Of a stretch of DNA of 64,000 bases, positions 31,274-42,435 are shown piece after piece (within the stretch, counting starts at the first letter, position 1; each line of letters starts with the position of its first letter). The notes under the pieces were generated by a model. It saw nothing but the letters and a program-made list of their open reading frames with translations. It ran no database searches and had not been told where the DNA came from. The stretch lies in the IMG/VR virus record IMGVR_UViG_3300031521_000040, positions 19,182 through 83,181 of that record, one strand, 5' to 3'. The DNA comes from a virus. A program made the translations under genes and the position numbers.

Positions 31274-32050
31274 TTACAACAAACCTTTTTTTAATTCATG
31301 TAATTTAATTATATCGTCTTCAACATCAGTTTTTTTGTATTTCATTTCTTTTATTTTTTGAATTGTTTTTGAAATGTTGTCCTCAACGTTATTCTTATTC
31401 AATTTTTCAAGTATTAATAAATTTTCGTTTTTATATTCTTCTAACAGCGCTTGTTTTTCTTCATTAGTTGATTTGGTTAGTTTATTAAATAGGCTTCTAT
31501 CGCTTTCATCCAGTGATTTGTATTTGCTGTTGAACTTATCAACAGCCATTTCAATAATATCATCATTAATTCCTTCGTGTTCAACGCTTTCAATTAGTTT
31601 AGTCTTTGGCTCTTTAATGTGATTTAATACTAATGTAAATGATTCATGTACTATATCAACATCAATTTCATCGTAATTACACAGTGATTCGGTTATTAGA
31701 TTATCTATTGCATTATAGAGAGCAATCTTGCTATTCATTGGTATTGTTGCTTCAGTAATAAACGGTTTTAATTTTTTACGCTCAGCATTAATTTCATCAA
31801 TAGTGTATACTTCAAATAACTTTATTGAATTATCAATATATCGTGATGCTGTTAATTCATTATCAATGAATTTATTTTCTATCCCACTAAAGACTTTGAA
31901 TTCGAGTTGTAGTATAGGCGAATTTTTCACTATTGAATAAAAATCAAAAGTTTGCTTTTTAGATTCTCCTAGAAGCTTGCTGTCGAAATAAGATTCTTTC
32001 AGTTTATTTGAAATCATGAAATTAACAATTCCAATGTTGATATTTTTCAT
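31274..32050 (-). CDS. Hypothetical head-module protein
   Basis: 258 aa, downstream of portal, late motif at 32071. Confidence 0.55.
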   Translation of the reverse strand: MKNINIGIVNFMISNKLKESYFDSKLLGESKKQTFDFYSIVKNSPILQLEFKVFSGIENKFIDNELTASRYIDNSIKLFEVYTIDEINAERKKLKPFITEATIPMNSKIALYNAIDNLITESLCNYDEIDVDIVHESFTLVLNHIKEPKTKLIESVEHEGINDDIIEMAVDKFNSKYKSLDESDRSLFNKLTKSTNEEKQALLEEYKNENLLILEKLNKNNVEDNISKTIQKIKEMKYKKTDVEDDIIKLHELKKGLL

Positions 32051-32114
32051 ATAATTTATTTTGATTTTTTATAAATACTGTATTAATTTGTAAATTATCA
32101 TTATATTGAATATT

Positions 32115-34100
32115 TTATGGAATATCAATATGTGTTATATCGATATCATCGTCATCATTATTTTTTTGTTTATTATTAATTGTATCTGAATTCTGAAGCA
32201 TCTTATCGATTTCTTTGATCATACTATGAGCTTTTATGTTCATATCTTCGTTTGCTTCCATGTTTTCACTAATGATTTTTTTATGTTTAGCTTCATTAGC
32301 TCTTTTGGGTTCTAGATTTCCACCAAATACCATCTTCTCAACATGTTTAGTGAATTCTTCTTCACTTAATCTTCCTTGCATTTCAGCTAATGGTGGTAAT
32401 TCACCACCACTTGCTTCACCACCCACTGGTGGCATTCCACCCGCTATCGGTGGCATTCCACCCACTGCTGGCGGTGGTGTTCCCCCTGCTGGTGGCGCTC
32501 CTGCTGCTGGTGGCATTCCACCTTGAGCAGTTGCTCCACTTGCTTCACCACCCATTACTAATTCGGGTTGAGCAAATCTTTTATCAATATCAGTAAATAA
32601 ACCTGATTTCTTTATTGTAACTGGTGCATCAGCAAGCTCTTGCATAACAACCTTTTCCATTTTCTGTTGTTTAAGGTCATCAACGATTTCCTTATCACTC
32701 ATATTAAATATAATACGTTTTGCATTGGTATGTGACATTGCTGCAATTCCGTTTTCACCACGTGTTAATTCAGTATAAGATTGCGCTTTATCACGTAATA
32801 GTTCCGATTTAAGCAATTCTTGCTGTGTTGATGGATTTGTTAATGTTAACTCAAAGCTGTTTAAATCTTCGTTGCTATAACCTAATAAGTATAAATGTAT
32901 CATAGCCATTTTATTAAGCTCCTGAATCATTGCTTGTTGAATACGACTTACTTTTTTTGCAAAACGTATATCATATTGTGCCATGTTTTTACCAGCGCCA
33001 GCAGCATCTTGAAAACTTAAAAATGGTTTAGGAACGCCAAGACCAATAAAAAGATTATCTCTTAAATATTCTATATCTTGAATTGCATCGAGATTACTAG
33101 CCCCGGGCAATGTATCAATACCTGTTTGTGAATTGCTATTTCTCATTGGAAGGAAATAATCTTCATCATTCCCCAATATATTAAATCTATAGTCGATTTG
33201 TCCATCATTAGGATTCACCTGACCTACTTTTTTAAATTTAGTTGCAACCTTATAAATATAATCTTCAATATCGTCTTCATCGATATTACCAACATCTATC
33301 TTAAACACTTTTTTCTCACCAGCACGAACAATACGATAGGTTAACATGGCATCTTCAGCCATTACAAGCTGTCTAAAGACCCTACGAACCTTATTTAATA
33401 TGGAACTACCATAGGGTAAGTACTTATCATCCCCAAGTAGTCTAAAATGCGCTATTTCAAAGACGTTGAATTCATCACCTGTCATTCTTTCCTTAAATTT
33501 GACTAATGGTTTACCGTTTTGAATTCTTTCAAATCGTTCAATTTCATAGTTAACCATTTGTTTGACGTGTGTTATACCTTTTTTTCTTTCGCCATATAAT
33601 AAGACAAAATTATCACCATATTTTACAGTATTTCTAACCCAAAATGGTAAATTAACGTTAACATTAACAATATCATAGAAAAATTCTTCCAATAATGATT
33701 TAATACGTTCTTTGTTTGAATATATATTAAGCATTTTGCCATTAACACCGATGGTTGTGGCTTCTTCCATGAATAAATCCAAGGCTGAGGATATAATTGG
33801 GTAATATTCCATACCCTCATAGTCTATGTATGCGGGCAGACGTGCTGCCTCATATTGAAGTGCCTTTTGGAATCCTCTATCTGTTGTACGAAAGAATTTA
33901 CTTTGAAGTTCTTTCTTTTGTTGTAATTCTAAGCCTTTTTGATGAATTTCTTCAGGTGTATTACCTTTGATGATAATCTTAGTTTCCTTAGCGGGGGTGG
34001 ATTGTGATACTGATGGTTGTGTCTGTTGTCCACTAAAATCACCGAGATTAAAAAATCCATTAAGTTGTTGATATATTGTTCCTTTTTTTTCTTCAGCCAT
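32115..34100 (-). CDS. Portal protein (gp20-like)
   Basis: MEYYPIISSALD, EDAMLTYRIVRAGEKKVFKIDVGN, EDYFLPMR, IDTLPGASNL..I.DIEY. Confidence 0.95.
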   Translation of the reverse strand: MAEEKKGTIYQQLNGFFNLGDFSGQQTQPSVSQSTPAKETKIIIKGNTPEEIHQKGLELQQKKELQSKFFRTTDRGFQKALQYEAARLPAYIDYEGMEYYPIISSALDLFMEEATTIGVNGKMLNIYSNKERIKSLLEEFFYDIVNVNVNLPFWVRNTVKYGDNFVLLYGERKKGITHVKQMVNYEIERFERIQNGKPLVKFKERMTGDEFNVFEIAHFRLLGDDKYLPYGSSILNKVRRVFRQLVMAEDAMLTYRIVRAGEKKVFKIDVGNIDEDDIEDYIYKVATKFKKVGQVNPNDGQIDYRFNILGNDEDYFLPMRNSNSQTGIDTLPGASNLDAIQDIEYLRDNLFIGLGVPKPFLSFQDAAGAGKNMAQYDIRFAKKVSRIQQAMIQELNKMAMIHLYLLGYSNEDLNSFELTLTNPSTQQELLKSELLRDKAQSYTELTRGENGIAAMSHTNAKRIIFNMSDKEIVDDLKQQKMEKVVMQELADAPVTIKKSGLFTDIDKRFAQPELVMGGEASGATAQGGMPPAAGAPPAGGTPPPAVGGMPPIAGGMPPVGGEASGGELPPLAEMQGRLSEEEFTKHVEKMVFGGNLEPKRANEAKHKKIISENMEANEDMNIKAHSMIKEIDKMLQNSDTINNKQKNNDDDDIDITHIDIP

Positions 34101-34214
34101 TTCTATAATTTTTTATAGTTTTTTATAAATACAAATATTTTCTGGAAAATACTTTCATATAAATACTATTTGATCTACATTTGTAAATCTAATTTAATTA
34201 TCAGGGATATAATA

Positions 34215-35654
34215 ATGAAGGTCAATAGGTTTATTGAAAGAGGAAATTTAAAACATAATGGATTTTATGACTATTCATTAGTTATTGAAGCACAAATCAG
34301 AGAAAAGTTTAAAATTATTTGCCCAATACATGGCGTGTTTGAGCAAAGAGGTGATGCACATTTATCGGGACAGGGATGTGGTAAATGCAAAAAATCCATA
34401 TTAAAATCTCAAAATGAATTCGTTATAGATGCTAAAATAAAACATGAAAATTATTATGATTATACTCTTGTTAATTATGTAAATTCAAAGTTATGTGTTG
34501 ACATTATTTGTCCTGTACATGGGGTTTTTAAACAAACACCTGATAATCATCTAGCTGGTCATGGATGTGCTAAATGTGCATTTGTATTAAATTCATCTAT
34601 AATGAAAAATGTTTCAGCAGATAAATTTGAAAATGAAGCAAACGAAACACATAACGATAAATATGATTATCAAAATTCAATATATACTAGAGCAAAAGAT
34701 AAGATAAATATTAGCTGTAAAATACACGGGGAATTTAAACAAACACCGAACGATCATTTATCTGGAAAAGGTTGTCCTAAATGTGGAGTGAACCTATCGA
34801 TAGGCGAAAATGAAGTACGTGACTTTATCGAAAATGAATTAGGTTTTAAAACAGATAAAATTAGAATAGAAAGTAAAGAAATTGATATTTTTATTCCAGA
34901 AAAAAATGTTGGCATTGAATACGATGGTCTATATTGGCATTCGGATAATTTTAGGGATAAAAAATATCATTTAAATAAGACCTTATTATGTGAAGAACAT
35001 AATATTCAACTACTTCATATTTTTGAGGATGAATGGATTAATAAAAAAGAAATTGTTAAATCAATAATCAGGTCTAAATTAGGCGTTGTTAATAATAAAA
35101 TATTTGCTAGAAAGTGCATTGTAAAAGAATTGAAAGTAACTGATGTTACAAAATTTCTGTTTGTGAATCATTTACAAGGCAATGTAGGGGGCTGTGCTAG
35201 ATATGGATTGTACTATAATGACGAGCTAGTGTCATTAATGACATTCGGTAAAAAAAGAGCATCAATGGGTGTTAAGATTAGAATTGATGATGAATATGAA
35301 ATGATGAGATTTTGTAACAAACTCAACGCAACTGTTGTTGGTGGAGCAAGTAAATTATTAAAACATTTTATAATAGAACATAATCCTGCCTCAATTCTAA
35401 CATTTGCTGATAGAAGATATTCCAATGGTAATTTATATCTAGAATTGGGTTTCAAGCATGTCGGGTATAGCGACCCTAACTATTTTTATTTTTCTAAAAA
35501 CAGTCTAAAACGTGAATATCGTTTTAAATACAGAAAAGATATTCTTATTAAGCAGGGATTTGATGCATTAAAAACCGAGCATCAAATCATGCAAGAAAGA
35601 GGGTATTATAAAATATTTGATTGTGGTCATATAAAATTCATCATGCGTTTTTAA
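34215..35654 (+). CDS. Homing endonuclease (Zn-finger repeats, PD-(D/E)xK nuclease, GNAT-like C-terminus; Hef-like)
   Basis: Three C.xHG.F.Q...HL.G.GC..C repeats; EIDIFIP...IEYDGLYWH; RFCNK...GGASKLL...FADRRYS. Confidence 0.8.
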   Translation: MKVNRFIERGNLKHNGFYDYSLVIEAQIREKFKIICPIHGVFEQRGDAHLSGQGCGKCKKSILKSQNEFVIDAKIKHENYYDYTLVNYVNSKLCVDIICPVHGVFKQTPDNHLAGHGCAKCAFVLNSSIMKNVSADKFENEANETHNDKYDYQNSIYTRAKDKINISCKIHGEFKQTPNDHLSGKGCPKCGVNLSIGENEVRDFIENELGFKTDKIRIESKEIDIFIPEKNVGIEYDGLYWHSDNFRDKKYHLNKTLLCEEHNIQLLHIFEDEWINKKEIVKSIIRSKLGVVNNKIFARKCIVKELKVTDVTKFLFVNHLQGNVGGCARYGLYYNDELVSLMTFGKKRASMGVKIRIDDEYEMMRFCNKLNATVVGGASKLLKHFIIEHNPASILTFADRRYSNGNLYLELGFKHVGYSDPNYFYFSKNSLKREYRFKYRKDILIKQGFDALKTEHQIMQERGYYKIFDCGHIKFIMRF

Positions 35655-35670
35655 TGTTTACATAAAATAT

Positions 35671-37710
35671 TTACTTTTTTTCTTTGATTCCATTATACAG
35701 CCAATCATTTACCATATGTGGATTATATGGTGAATTGCTGTTTGGCGAAATATATGGTTGTGTTCTATCAGCCATTGACCTTTCCTTAACTTGATTAAAA
35801 CTTATCATAGCGTTGATCAGTTTTTCACTAAGACTTTTACTTTGTTTAAACCTAACCATATCAAAATTATATGTAAAGAGTCCAATTGCCAATCCCATTA
35901 TGGAATCATCATGAAATGAACGTTTATGGTCTGCAACTCTGTTACCATTAACAGTAACAAATGTTTTTAATTCGTTTAATAATCTTACTGATCTGATTGT
36001 TATGTCAGCTAAATTTATTGCTCTTTGCAATTCTAGCAATACTGATGCACGATTGTTTCCGATAAAGAACCCCGGGATTAAATCCACTGATATTATAGCA
36101 CCATCAGGCATTGTTTTCTGTCCTTTTTTGATGTATCCTTGAAGTCTATCTCTTGACGGTTTATGTGTAACTTCTGCATAATGAACGTTTTCATACCCAA
36201 TTTCAAGTAATTTTTCAACTGTTTGAATGCCAATACCTCCTGTTATATCAACAACGCAATATGCATTATTATATCGTTTCCCGAATTGATATGCTATTTC
36301 GGATAACATCTGTGGTGTTACTTTGCCATAATATTCGGCAACTTGTTCTAACTTATGCCTTTTTATCTTAACATCTTTTGTTTTTCCGTTTTTTGTTATA
36401 GACCTGATTTCAATAATTTCATCAACCTTCATTATGTTAATGGTAGAATTATCCTCACCATGCCCAGCAGATGCATCAATACCCATAATATAGTTTTGAT
36501 CTGGAATTGCATCTTCCCAAATCCACATGTTCAAATCAATATATTCTTGACGAATAGGTGTTCTTACTTCAAAATCTTGAATACGTTTAATATATTCTTC
36601 AGCAATGAAGTTATCACCAGAACCAAGGAAACTACATAAAAGTTCTTGTGCGATTGCCTTCATATCTCCATTGGCATCCTTGACTTGTTCTTCAAACCAT
36701 GGTGAGCTTGCTTCCCAACCATCATCCATCATTTGAATTCTTCGTTTAGTATCCCAATTTTCATCAGGTAATCTAATTTCAGTTTCTTTTCCTTTGTTTT
36801 TAAGCCATGAAAGATTTTTATTATATCTTGGGTCGTTAAACCACCACAACTCAACGGCTTTCCAGTTGTTTTCACCTCTTCTTGCACCATCAAAGTGTTT
36901 GTAAAATACTGCATCTAAACCAGATGGAGTACTAACCATGATTGCTGCACCACCAGTACCTAATGTTGGTTTAGCTGCTTTCCAAAACTTATCACCCTTT
37001 TCTGTCCATGCGGTTTCATCCCAAAATATTAAAGTAGGTGTCATACCACGTAGACCTTTAGATGAAAATGCACCTAATCTAGAACCATTATCGTATATTT
37101 TTAGCTTTTGAGTATCTTTAAGATTTTCTTTGGTTTCTCTACCCGTTTTAGGTCTAAGCCATTCAGGACAACCTTCTATAAATAATAAAACATCACTCAT
37201 GATTTCATCACGTGCTGTTTCTAATTTATCCGCAACAATAGCTACTTGTCTATTTTCATTAAAACAAATATACCATGCTATATAAGCACACGTTGTTGTT
37301 GAAATACCAGCCTGACGATATTTATTGGCAACAACAAATCTATTTTCTCTATAGGATTTAATTAAATCTTTTTGAAAGTCGAATAGGCTAAATGGAACGA
37401 TTAATCCTGCAGTTCCTTGTGTTTGGTCAAAGATCGTTAAGTATGTTTCAATGAAGTAAATTGGGTTTATTGCACAACGGACAAATTCTTGTTCTTTTTC
37501 TGTTTGTGTTAGTTGAGTAACCTTTTTAACAGTACCATCATTGGTTGTGATAATAGGTATTATTTTTCCTGATTTTTTTCTTAATTCTTCGCTTAATTTT
37601 CTGGCATCCTCTTTTTGCTTTTCTCTTTGCGTATTATGAGGTATTATTGGTATATGTTCGGGAAATAAATCATCATCATCAACTTCGGGAACATTTTTAT
37701 TATCTTTCAT
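35671..37710 (-). CDS. Terminase large subunit (gp17-like)
   Basis: KYRQAGIST Walker A, IFWDETAW Walker B, VSTPSG, MGIDASAGHGED, HDDSIM. Confidence 0.95.
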   Translation of the reverse strand: MKDNKNVPEVDDDDLFPEHIPIIPHNTQREKQKEDARKLSEELRKKSGKIIPIITTNDGTVKKVTQLTQTEKEQEFVRCAINPIYFIETYLTIFDQTQGTAGLIVPFSLFDFQKDLIKSYRENRFVVANKYRQAGISTTTCAYIAWYICFNENRQVAIVADKLETARDEIMSDVLLFIEGCPEWLRPKTGRETKENLKDTQKLKIYDNGSRLGAFSSKGLRGMTPTLIFWDETAWTEKGDKFWKAAKPTLGTGGAAIMVSTPSGLDAVFYKHFDGARRGENNWKAVELWWFNDPRYNKNLSWLKNKGKETEIRLPDENWDTKRRIQMMDDGWEASSPWFEEQVKDANGDMKAIAQELLCSFLGSGDNFIAEEYIKRIQDFEVRTPIRQEYIDLNMWIWEDAIPDQNYIMGIDASAGHGEDNSTINIMKVDEIIEIRSITKNGKTKDVKIKRHKLEQVAEYYGKVTPQMLSEIAYQFGKRYNNAYCVVDITGGIGIQTVEKLLEIGYENVHYAEVTHKPSRDRLQGYIKKGQKTMPDGAIISVDLIPGFFIGNNRASVLLELQRAINLADITIRSVRLLNELKTFVTVNGNRVADHKRSFHDDSIMGLAIGLFTYNFDMVRFKQSKSLSEKLINAMISFNQVKERSMADRTQPYISPNSNSPYNPHMVNDWLYNGIKEKK

Positions 37711-37739
37711 TATATTATTTTATAATAAATACTATAATG

Positions 37740-37912
37740 TCAGTAAAACCGCAAGGCTCGGCTAATATCTGGATTAGTCGAGCCTCGAAACCTAGTGTTC
37801 CGAATAAGGCAACATAGGCAATTATTAATAATTTAAGCAAAAAACGATGTATATCGTGACACATCGATTTTCGATTTCCTTCCCCCGAATGGTGGGATGA
37901 ACTCATTTATGC
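37740..37912 (-). ncRNA. Candidate structured ncRNA upstream of terminase
   Basis: GC-enriched intergenic stretch with four hairpins; own promoter elements at 37914-37921 and 37930-37938. Confidence 0.5.
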
Positions 37913-37948
37913 ACAAATATAATGCAATTATAAATACTATGCAATAAT

Positions 37949-38437
37949 TTATTTAAGAGATATCGATGTTGTTTCAATAAATTCATTATCTCTTAATATG
38001 ATTTTTCTTGACTCAAGCATTTCTTTTATTTTATCTAGTGATGTGCCATAGTGAAATACCAATAATGGTGAATCATCATTATCACTGCTACTAAACATTT
38101 TATCATAATCACTGACACCATCATCATCATTTATTGATGGAATTTCATATGCTAGTGCATGTATTGTATGATAGCCATGCATATATTCTCTATCAGTAGC
38201 TTCATGTAAACAGAATAAATCAAACGACTTGGTTTTTAAGCTAAATATGCCATTAACAAAACTTTCTTCTGGTGGAATTGCATGATCACACGCTGGTGAT
38301 ATATCCCAACACCAACCTTCCATATCAATATTTGTTTCATCTAATGAAAAAATGAATTCATACAAACCTTCGTCTTTAGAGTTATATCCTATTTTCAATA
38401 CATATATCAGTTTCAATTTATCTCCTTCGTATTTCAT
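37949..38437 (-). CDS. Hypothetical protein
   Basis: 162 aa; late motif at 38451. Confidence 0.6.
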   Translation of the reverse strand: MKYEGDKLKLIYVLKIGYNSKDEGLYEFIFSLDETNIDMEGWCWDISPACDHAIPPEESFVNGIFSLKTKSFDLFCLHEATDREYMHGYHTIHALAYEIPSINDDDGVSDYDKMFSSSDNDDSPLLVFHYGTSLDKIKEMLESRKIILRDNEFIETTSISLK

Positions 38438-38520
38438 GATATTGTTTTCAATAAATACTATCCATAAAAAAAGCCACCACTTTTTTAAGGTGATGGCTAG
38501 GGTTCTAAGGCGATTCTTTA

Positions 38521-41175
38521 TTATTTCTTCTTCTTAGCTAACGATTCGTATACTTTGAATCTTTCATCAATCATCGAATCAAGCTTTTTGAATGCATCAG
38601 ATTTCTTGTTTTCATTTATGCTTGGTTTTTTGAGTCCAGCTTTTTCTTCAAGACGACCACGTACATATCTTCTAAGTTTTTGCTCACTCTCATTCAAGTT
38701 TTCTTCGAGTTCATTTGGTGTTGGTTGTCTATCGTCTCTGTTCATGTTTAGATCAGCTTTTATTTTAGGTAAAGCATCTTTTAGTTTTCTCAATGCAAAT
38801 CCATTAATTTCATGGATACCGCCATCTACAATATTATATGAATTACGATCAACAGAAATTGTTGCAATTCCATTTGTATTGTTTGCAGCTACATCAAATG
38901 CGATACTATCACCATTTTTACGGATATTAGTAAAACCTTGATTTTCCAAATACTGTTTCATTTCTGGATTAATGTATCTACCAAAAGTGGTACTTTGTGA
39001 TTGACCTATTTGAGCAGTTACTGGATCGTTATGATTGTTAGGACCGCTATTTGCATTATACTTATCGAGACCCTTCCAACTTGCATTATTTGCTAAACCA
39101 GTTGAAATTTCATTAATCATGTTCGTTAATGAACCCAATTGTTTTTTGGCTTCAGCTAATTTAATGTTTATCATCTTGTTTTGACCATCAACATTTACAT
39201 CAATACCAGTTGTTGGAGCACCTATTGGTTTAACAACACCTGCGCCTAATGATTGACCAGCGGGAGCAAATTTGATATCATCATTGAATTCTTCAGTATT
39301 TTTCATACCATCAGTATTTTCAACATTCTCCATGCTTTCGATGTTTTCGATATCGTCCTGTTTTTCATCATCTTCATCACCGTCTTCTTTTAACATTGTT
39401 TGTGTCTCAACGTTTGCGGGATCGATGTTTTCTCTTTGGATTTGACTACCAGCTTTAGTACCAGCTAAGCTAGCACCCTTACCTGCAGTCAATTGATTAG
39501 TAATACCTCTTAAAATGCCTTGTACGTTAACTGGTTCTTGACCAGCTTTAACTAATCTAGCATTTAAAGCAGCTACTTGTGCACCTAAATCAGATGCCAT
39601 TTTTTCTAATTTTTTTACTTCCCCACCAACTTCTCCTTGATGGTACGTTTGTTGAATACCTTGTGCAGCATCACCAACAGCATTTACACCAGCCTTAATA
39701 CCACCAGAAACTGCTTGTCCTGCTTTACTGATTCCAGAACCAACAGCATTTGCTGCGTTAGCACCTGCTTGCCCAACTCTTTGAGCGCCACCTGCAACTG
39801 CACTGCCAACTGCTTGACCAGCATTACTAATACCAGAGCCAATAGCATTTGCACCAGCTTTTAAGCCACCCATTGCTGCTTTTCCTAATGATTTCAAACC
39901 ACCAAACAATTCATTTAGTTTAGCTATATTTTCTTCATCAGTACTTTCATTCATTGAATCAACTTGTGGTTGAAGTTTTTCTGCATATTCTTCATGACCG
40001 TAATCATTTTTTAATGTGTTTAATAACTCAGGATTTATCACCTTTATAACTAAAGCAACACCTTCGAGATCACCATCATTCATGCCATCATTATGTGCAT
40101 TAGCGTAGCCACTGATAACGTTACCAACTTCTTCTTCACCACACTCCATTAATGATTCTGCGCTGTTATAACCTCTTGATTCAGCATATCTTGCGAAAGT
40201 ACCACATTCTGAACACTGTGCTTCTTCAACGCCTTGTCCTTCTTCGTGATCTTCAACATTCTGTCCTAAATCCTCGATATCTTCAGGGGGTACAATTTTC
40301 AATATTAAATTTGCAATATCTTTTCTTTCTTCAATTTCAAGTTCAGGAAGCTTATCTTTAAATGCTTGAATAAATGATTTAAGATATGATTGAGTTTGTG
40401 ATGGTTCTAAATCAGTTTTTCTGATTGTATTAGTAATTTTACCAATACCCTTTTCTAATTCTCTAATGCTTTCATCTTCACCTTCACCAGCAGCAGACAT
40501 TTCTTCGCTACCGTCACCAGCAGGCATTCCTTCTTCGCTACCATCACCAGCAGGCATTCCTTCGCCACCATCGGGTGCGGGCATTCCTTCTTCGCTATCT
40601 GGAGCAGGCATTCCTTCACCACCATCAGGAGCTGGCATTCCTTCGCCACCGTCACCAGCTGGCATTTCAGTGCCATCAGCTTGTGCAGGCTCTGCTTCAT
40701 TACCAGCAGCAAATTCAGCTGAATTAGTTTGATCTTCAGCAGCAGTTGCAGCATCCAAATCACTTAATTTATTTTCTGCGTTGTCGATTTCCTGACCTGC
40801 GATATCTTCATTAAGTCTTTTTTTGCTACCAGTTTTATTTTGTTTCAAAGAACCAGCTTCATTAATTGTATGCATTATCATATTTCTGTTTTTATCAGCT
40901 TCTGACAATGATTTATATTGAAAATTAGTGATGTTAGCTAGTCCACCAATATATGCAAAATCAGATACATCTGGATCAGATTTGATACCTGCTTTTTTAA
41001 TATAGTAGTTGTGATTTTCCTTAATGATACCGTAGGCAACACCATCAGCAGCTCTTTTGTAATCAATTAGATTGCCTAGTGTGCGATTTTTTGTTTCCTT
41101 AATCGATTTTTTATTAATGTCAGCTAAACCTCTTAATCTTTCCAAGTAAGCCTCTCTTGATGTTTGATTTTTCAT
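38521..41175 (-). CDS. Large acidic low-complexity protein, putative head/internal protein
   Basis: 884 aa; EGMPA repeats; Gly/Ala-rich segment; many L-x-E sites; late motif at 41220. Confidence 0.6.
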   Translation of the reverse strand: MKNQTSREAYLERLRGLADINKKSIKETKNRTLGNLIDYKRAADGVAYGIIKENHNYYIKKAGIKSDPDVSDFAYIGGLANITNFQYKSLSEADKNRNMIMHTINEAGSLKQNKTGSKKRLNEDIAGQEIDNAENKLSDLDAATAAEDQTNSAEFAAGNEAEPAQADGTEMPAGDGGEGMPAPDGGEGMPAPDSEEGMPAPDGGEGMPAGDGSEEGMPAGDGSEEMSAAGEGEDESIRELEKGIGKITNTIRKTDLEPSQTQSYLKSFIQAFKDKLPELEIEERKDIANLILKIVPPEDIEDLGQNVEDHEEGQGVEEAQCSECGTFARYAESRGYNSAESLMECGEEEVGNVISGYANAHNDGMNDGDLEGVALVIKVINPELLNTLKNDYGHEEYAEKLQPQVDSMNESTDEENIAKLNELFGGLKSLGKAAMGGLKAGANAIGSGISNAGQAVGSAVAGGAQRVGQAGANAANAVGSGISKAGQAVSGGIKAGVNAVGDAAQGIQQTYHQGEVGGEVKKLEKMASDLGAQVAALNARLVKAGQEPVNVQGILRGITNQLTAGKGASLAGTKAGSQIQRENIDPANVETQTMLKEDGDEDDEKQDDIENIESMENVENTDGMKNTEEFNDDIKFAPAGQSLGAGVVKPIGAPTTGIDVNVDGQNKMINIKLAEAKKQLGSLTNMINEISTGLANNASWKGLDKYNANSGPNNHNDPVTAQIGQSQSTTFGRYINPEMKQYLENQGFTNIRKNGDSIAFDVAANNTNGIATISVDRNSYNIVDGGIHEINGFALRKLKDALPKIKADLNMNRDDRQPTPNELEENLNESEQKLRRYVRGRLEEKAGLKKPSINENKKSDAFKKLDSMIDERFKVYESLAKKKK
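40480..40680 (-). repeat. Tandem 30-33 bp coding repeats (EGMPAPDGG / EGMPAGDGSE)
   Basis: About seven imperfect GGCATTCCTTC-containing units. Confidence 0.8.
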
Positions 41176-41254
41176 TTTTATATTTTTAGTGTTTTTTGTT
41201 ATTTATATTACATTTTTTTATAAATACTTAATTGAGAGCAAAAAAATGTTTTAA

Positions 41255-41503
41255 CTATATTATTTCATAATTTTCATTTATTATCTTATGCTTAGTAAGC
41301 ATTTCGAAAACCTTTGGCGTAATAAGCATTTTCCTTCTATAATTATCAATCACTGATTGATTTGCTTTTTCATGTGATACATTTTCATTTAGAAGTTTTG
41401 TATTCATATGTAAATGTTCTAATATGTCATAGAAAATTTTATTTGCTTTTCTTCTATCAACATACTCAACTAACTGCTCTTTTTTAACTATAAATTTTTT
41501 CAT
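41255..41503 (-). CDS. Hypothetical protein
   Basis: 82 aa ORF. Confidence 0.55.
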   Translation of the reverse strand: MKKFIVKKEQLVEYVDRRKANKIFYDILEHLHMNTKLLNENVSHEKANQSVIDNYRRKMLITPKVFEMLTKHKIINENYEII

Positions 41504-41505
41504 AA

Positions 41506-42378
41506 TTATATCATGAATTCGTTTAAACTTAATTCGTTTTTTAAGTAATTATTCTTTAATGCAACCAATTTCTCAAGGTATCCACTGTTTCTTAATATTT
41601 TAAAAACCAGATTTTCTACTGAATATTCACCCTTTTTATCTAATCCTGATTGCCTATACTTTTTTATTTTATTTTTAAGCTGATCAATTTTAATTAAAAA
41701 ATTAGCTTCATCTTTATTCGTTTCTAAATCATCAATCGTATTCATAATATCAGCCGATTTTAATTGCACATCAGCAGTATCAATATTAACGATTTTTTTT
41801 AACGGTTTGCGAACCCAATCATTTTTCATGATTGAATATGTTCCTGATGAATGATGTGGTTCATCGATATCTTGAAAATATAACTCAACATCAAATCCCT
41901 TTACTTGAATAGGTAATTTATCAGACCATAATTGCTTTTTAAGCTTCAAAAAGTCGCCCACAAATTCTTTGTTTTCAGATATTTGTGAAAAATCGAGTAC
42001 TATATGTATATCTATATCTGAATTTTCATTATAATTATAATTTGCCATACTGCCTGTAAATATAATATCCTTAAACTTTAAATTTTCTACATCTGAAAAT
42101 TCAATAAATCTTTTAGCATTTAATAATAATATTTTTCTTATTTCAGGCTTTAGTATTTCGTTTTTATCCCATATTAGCGGACACAGCGTATCGTGCATCT
42201 GAATTGACGATACATCAACACTATCAGGCTCAATAACCTCTTTTAGTAAATCAGATATATTGGTTTTAGCCCAATACTTGGATGACCAAAATCTTGGCAT
42301 CTTAGTGTTTTGCTCGTTATTACCATTGATTGAATTACTTGATTGAACGTCACTTTTCTCCACGTTAATAATTTTCAT
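41506..42378 (-). CDS. Pol-beta superfamily nucleotidyltransferase
   Basis: FTGSMANYNY...SDIDIHI, GFDVELY, GEYSVENLVFKILR. Confidence 0.8.
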   Translation of the reverse strand: MKIINVEKSDVQSSNSINGNNEQNTKMPRFWSSKYWAKTNISDLLKEVIEPDSVDVSSIQMHDTLCPLIWDKNEILKPEIRKILLLNAKRFIEFSDVENLKFKDIIFTGSMANYNYNENSDIDIHIVLDFSQISENKEFVGDFLKLKKQLWSDKLPIQVKGFDVELYFQDIDEPHHSSGTYSIMKNDWVRKPLKKIVNIDTADVQLKSADIMNTIDDLETNKDEANFLIKIDQLKNKIKKYRQSGLDKKGEYSVENLVFKILRNSGYLEKLVALKNNYLKNELSLNEFMI

Positions 42379-42435
42379 ATAAATACATAATTATTAATTA
42401 AAGTAAAGGAGTATTTATTATAAATTCTAGCACAG

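Noticed and set aside
37715-37906. 63-aa minus-strand ORF upstream of terminase
   Set aside because: Atypical composition; the region is better explained as a structured RNA, though a small protein is not excluded
40480-40680. CRISPR-like or DGR-like repeat array
   Set aside because: In-frame coding repeats without unique spacers; no cas or reverse transcriptase gene in the window
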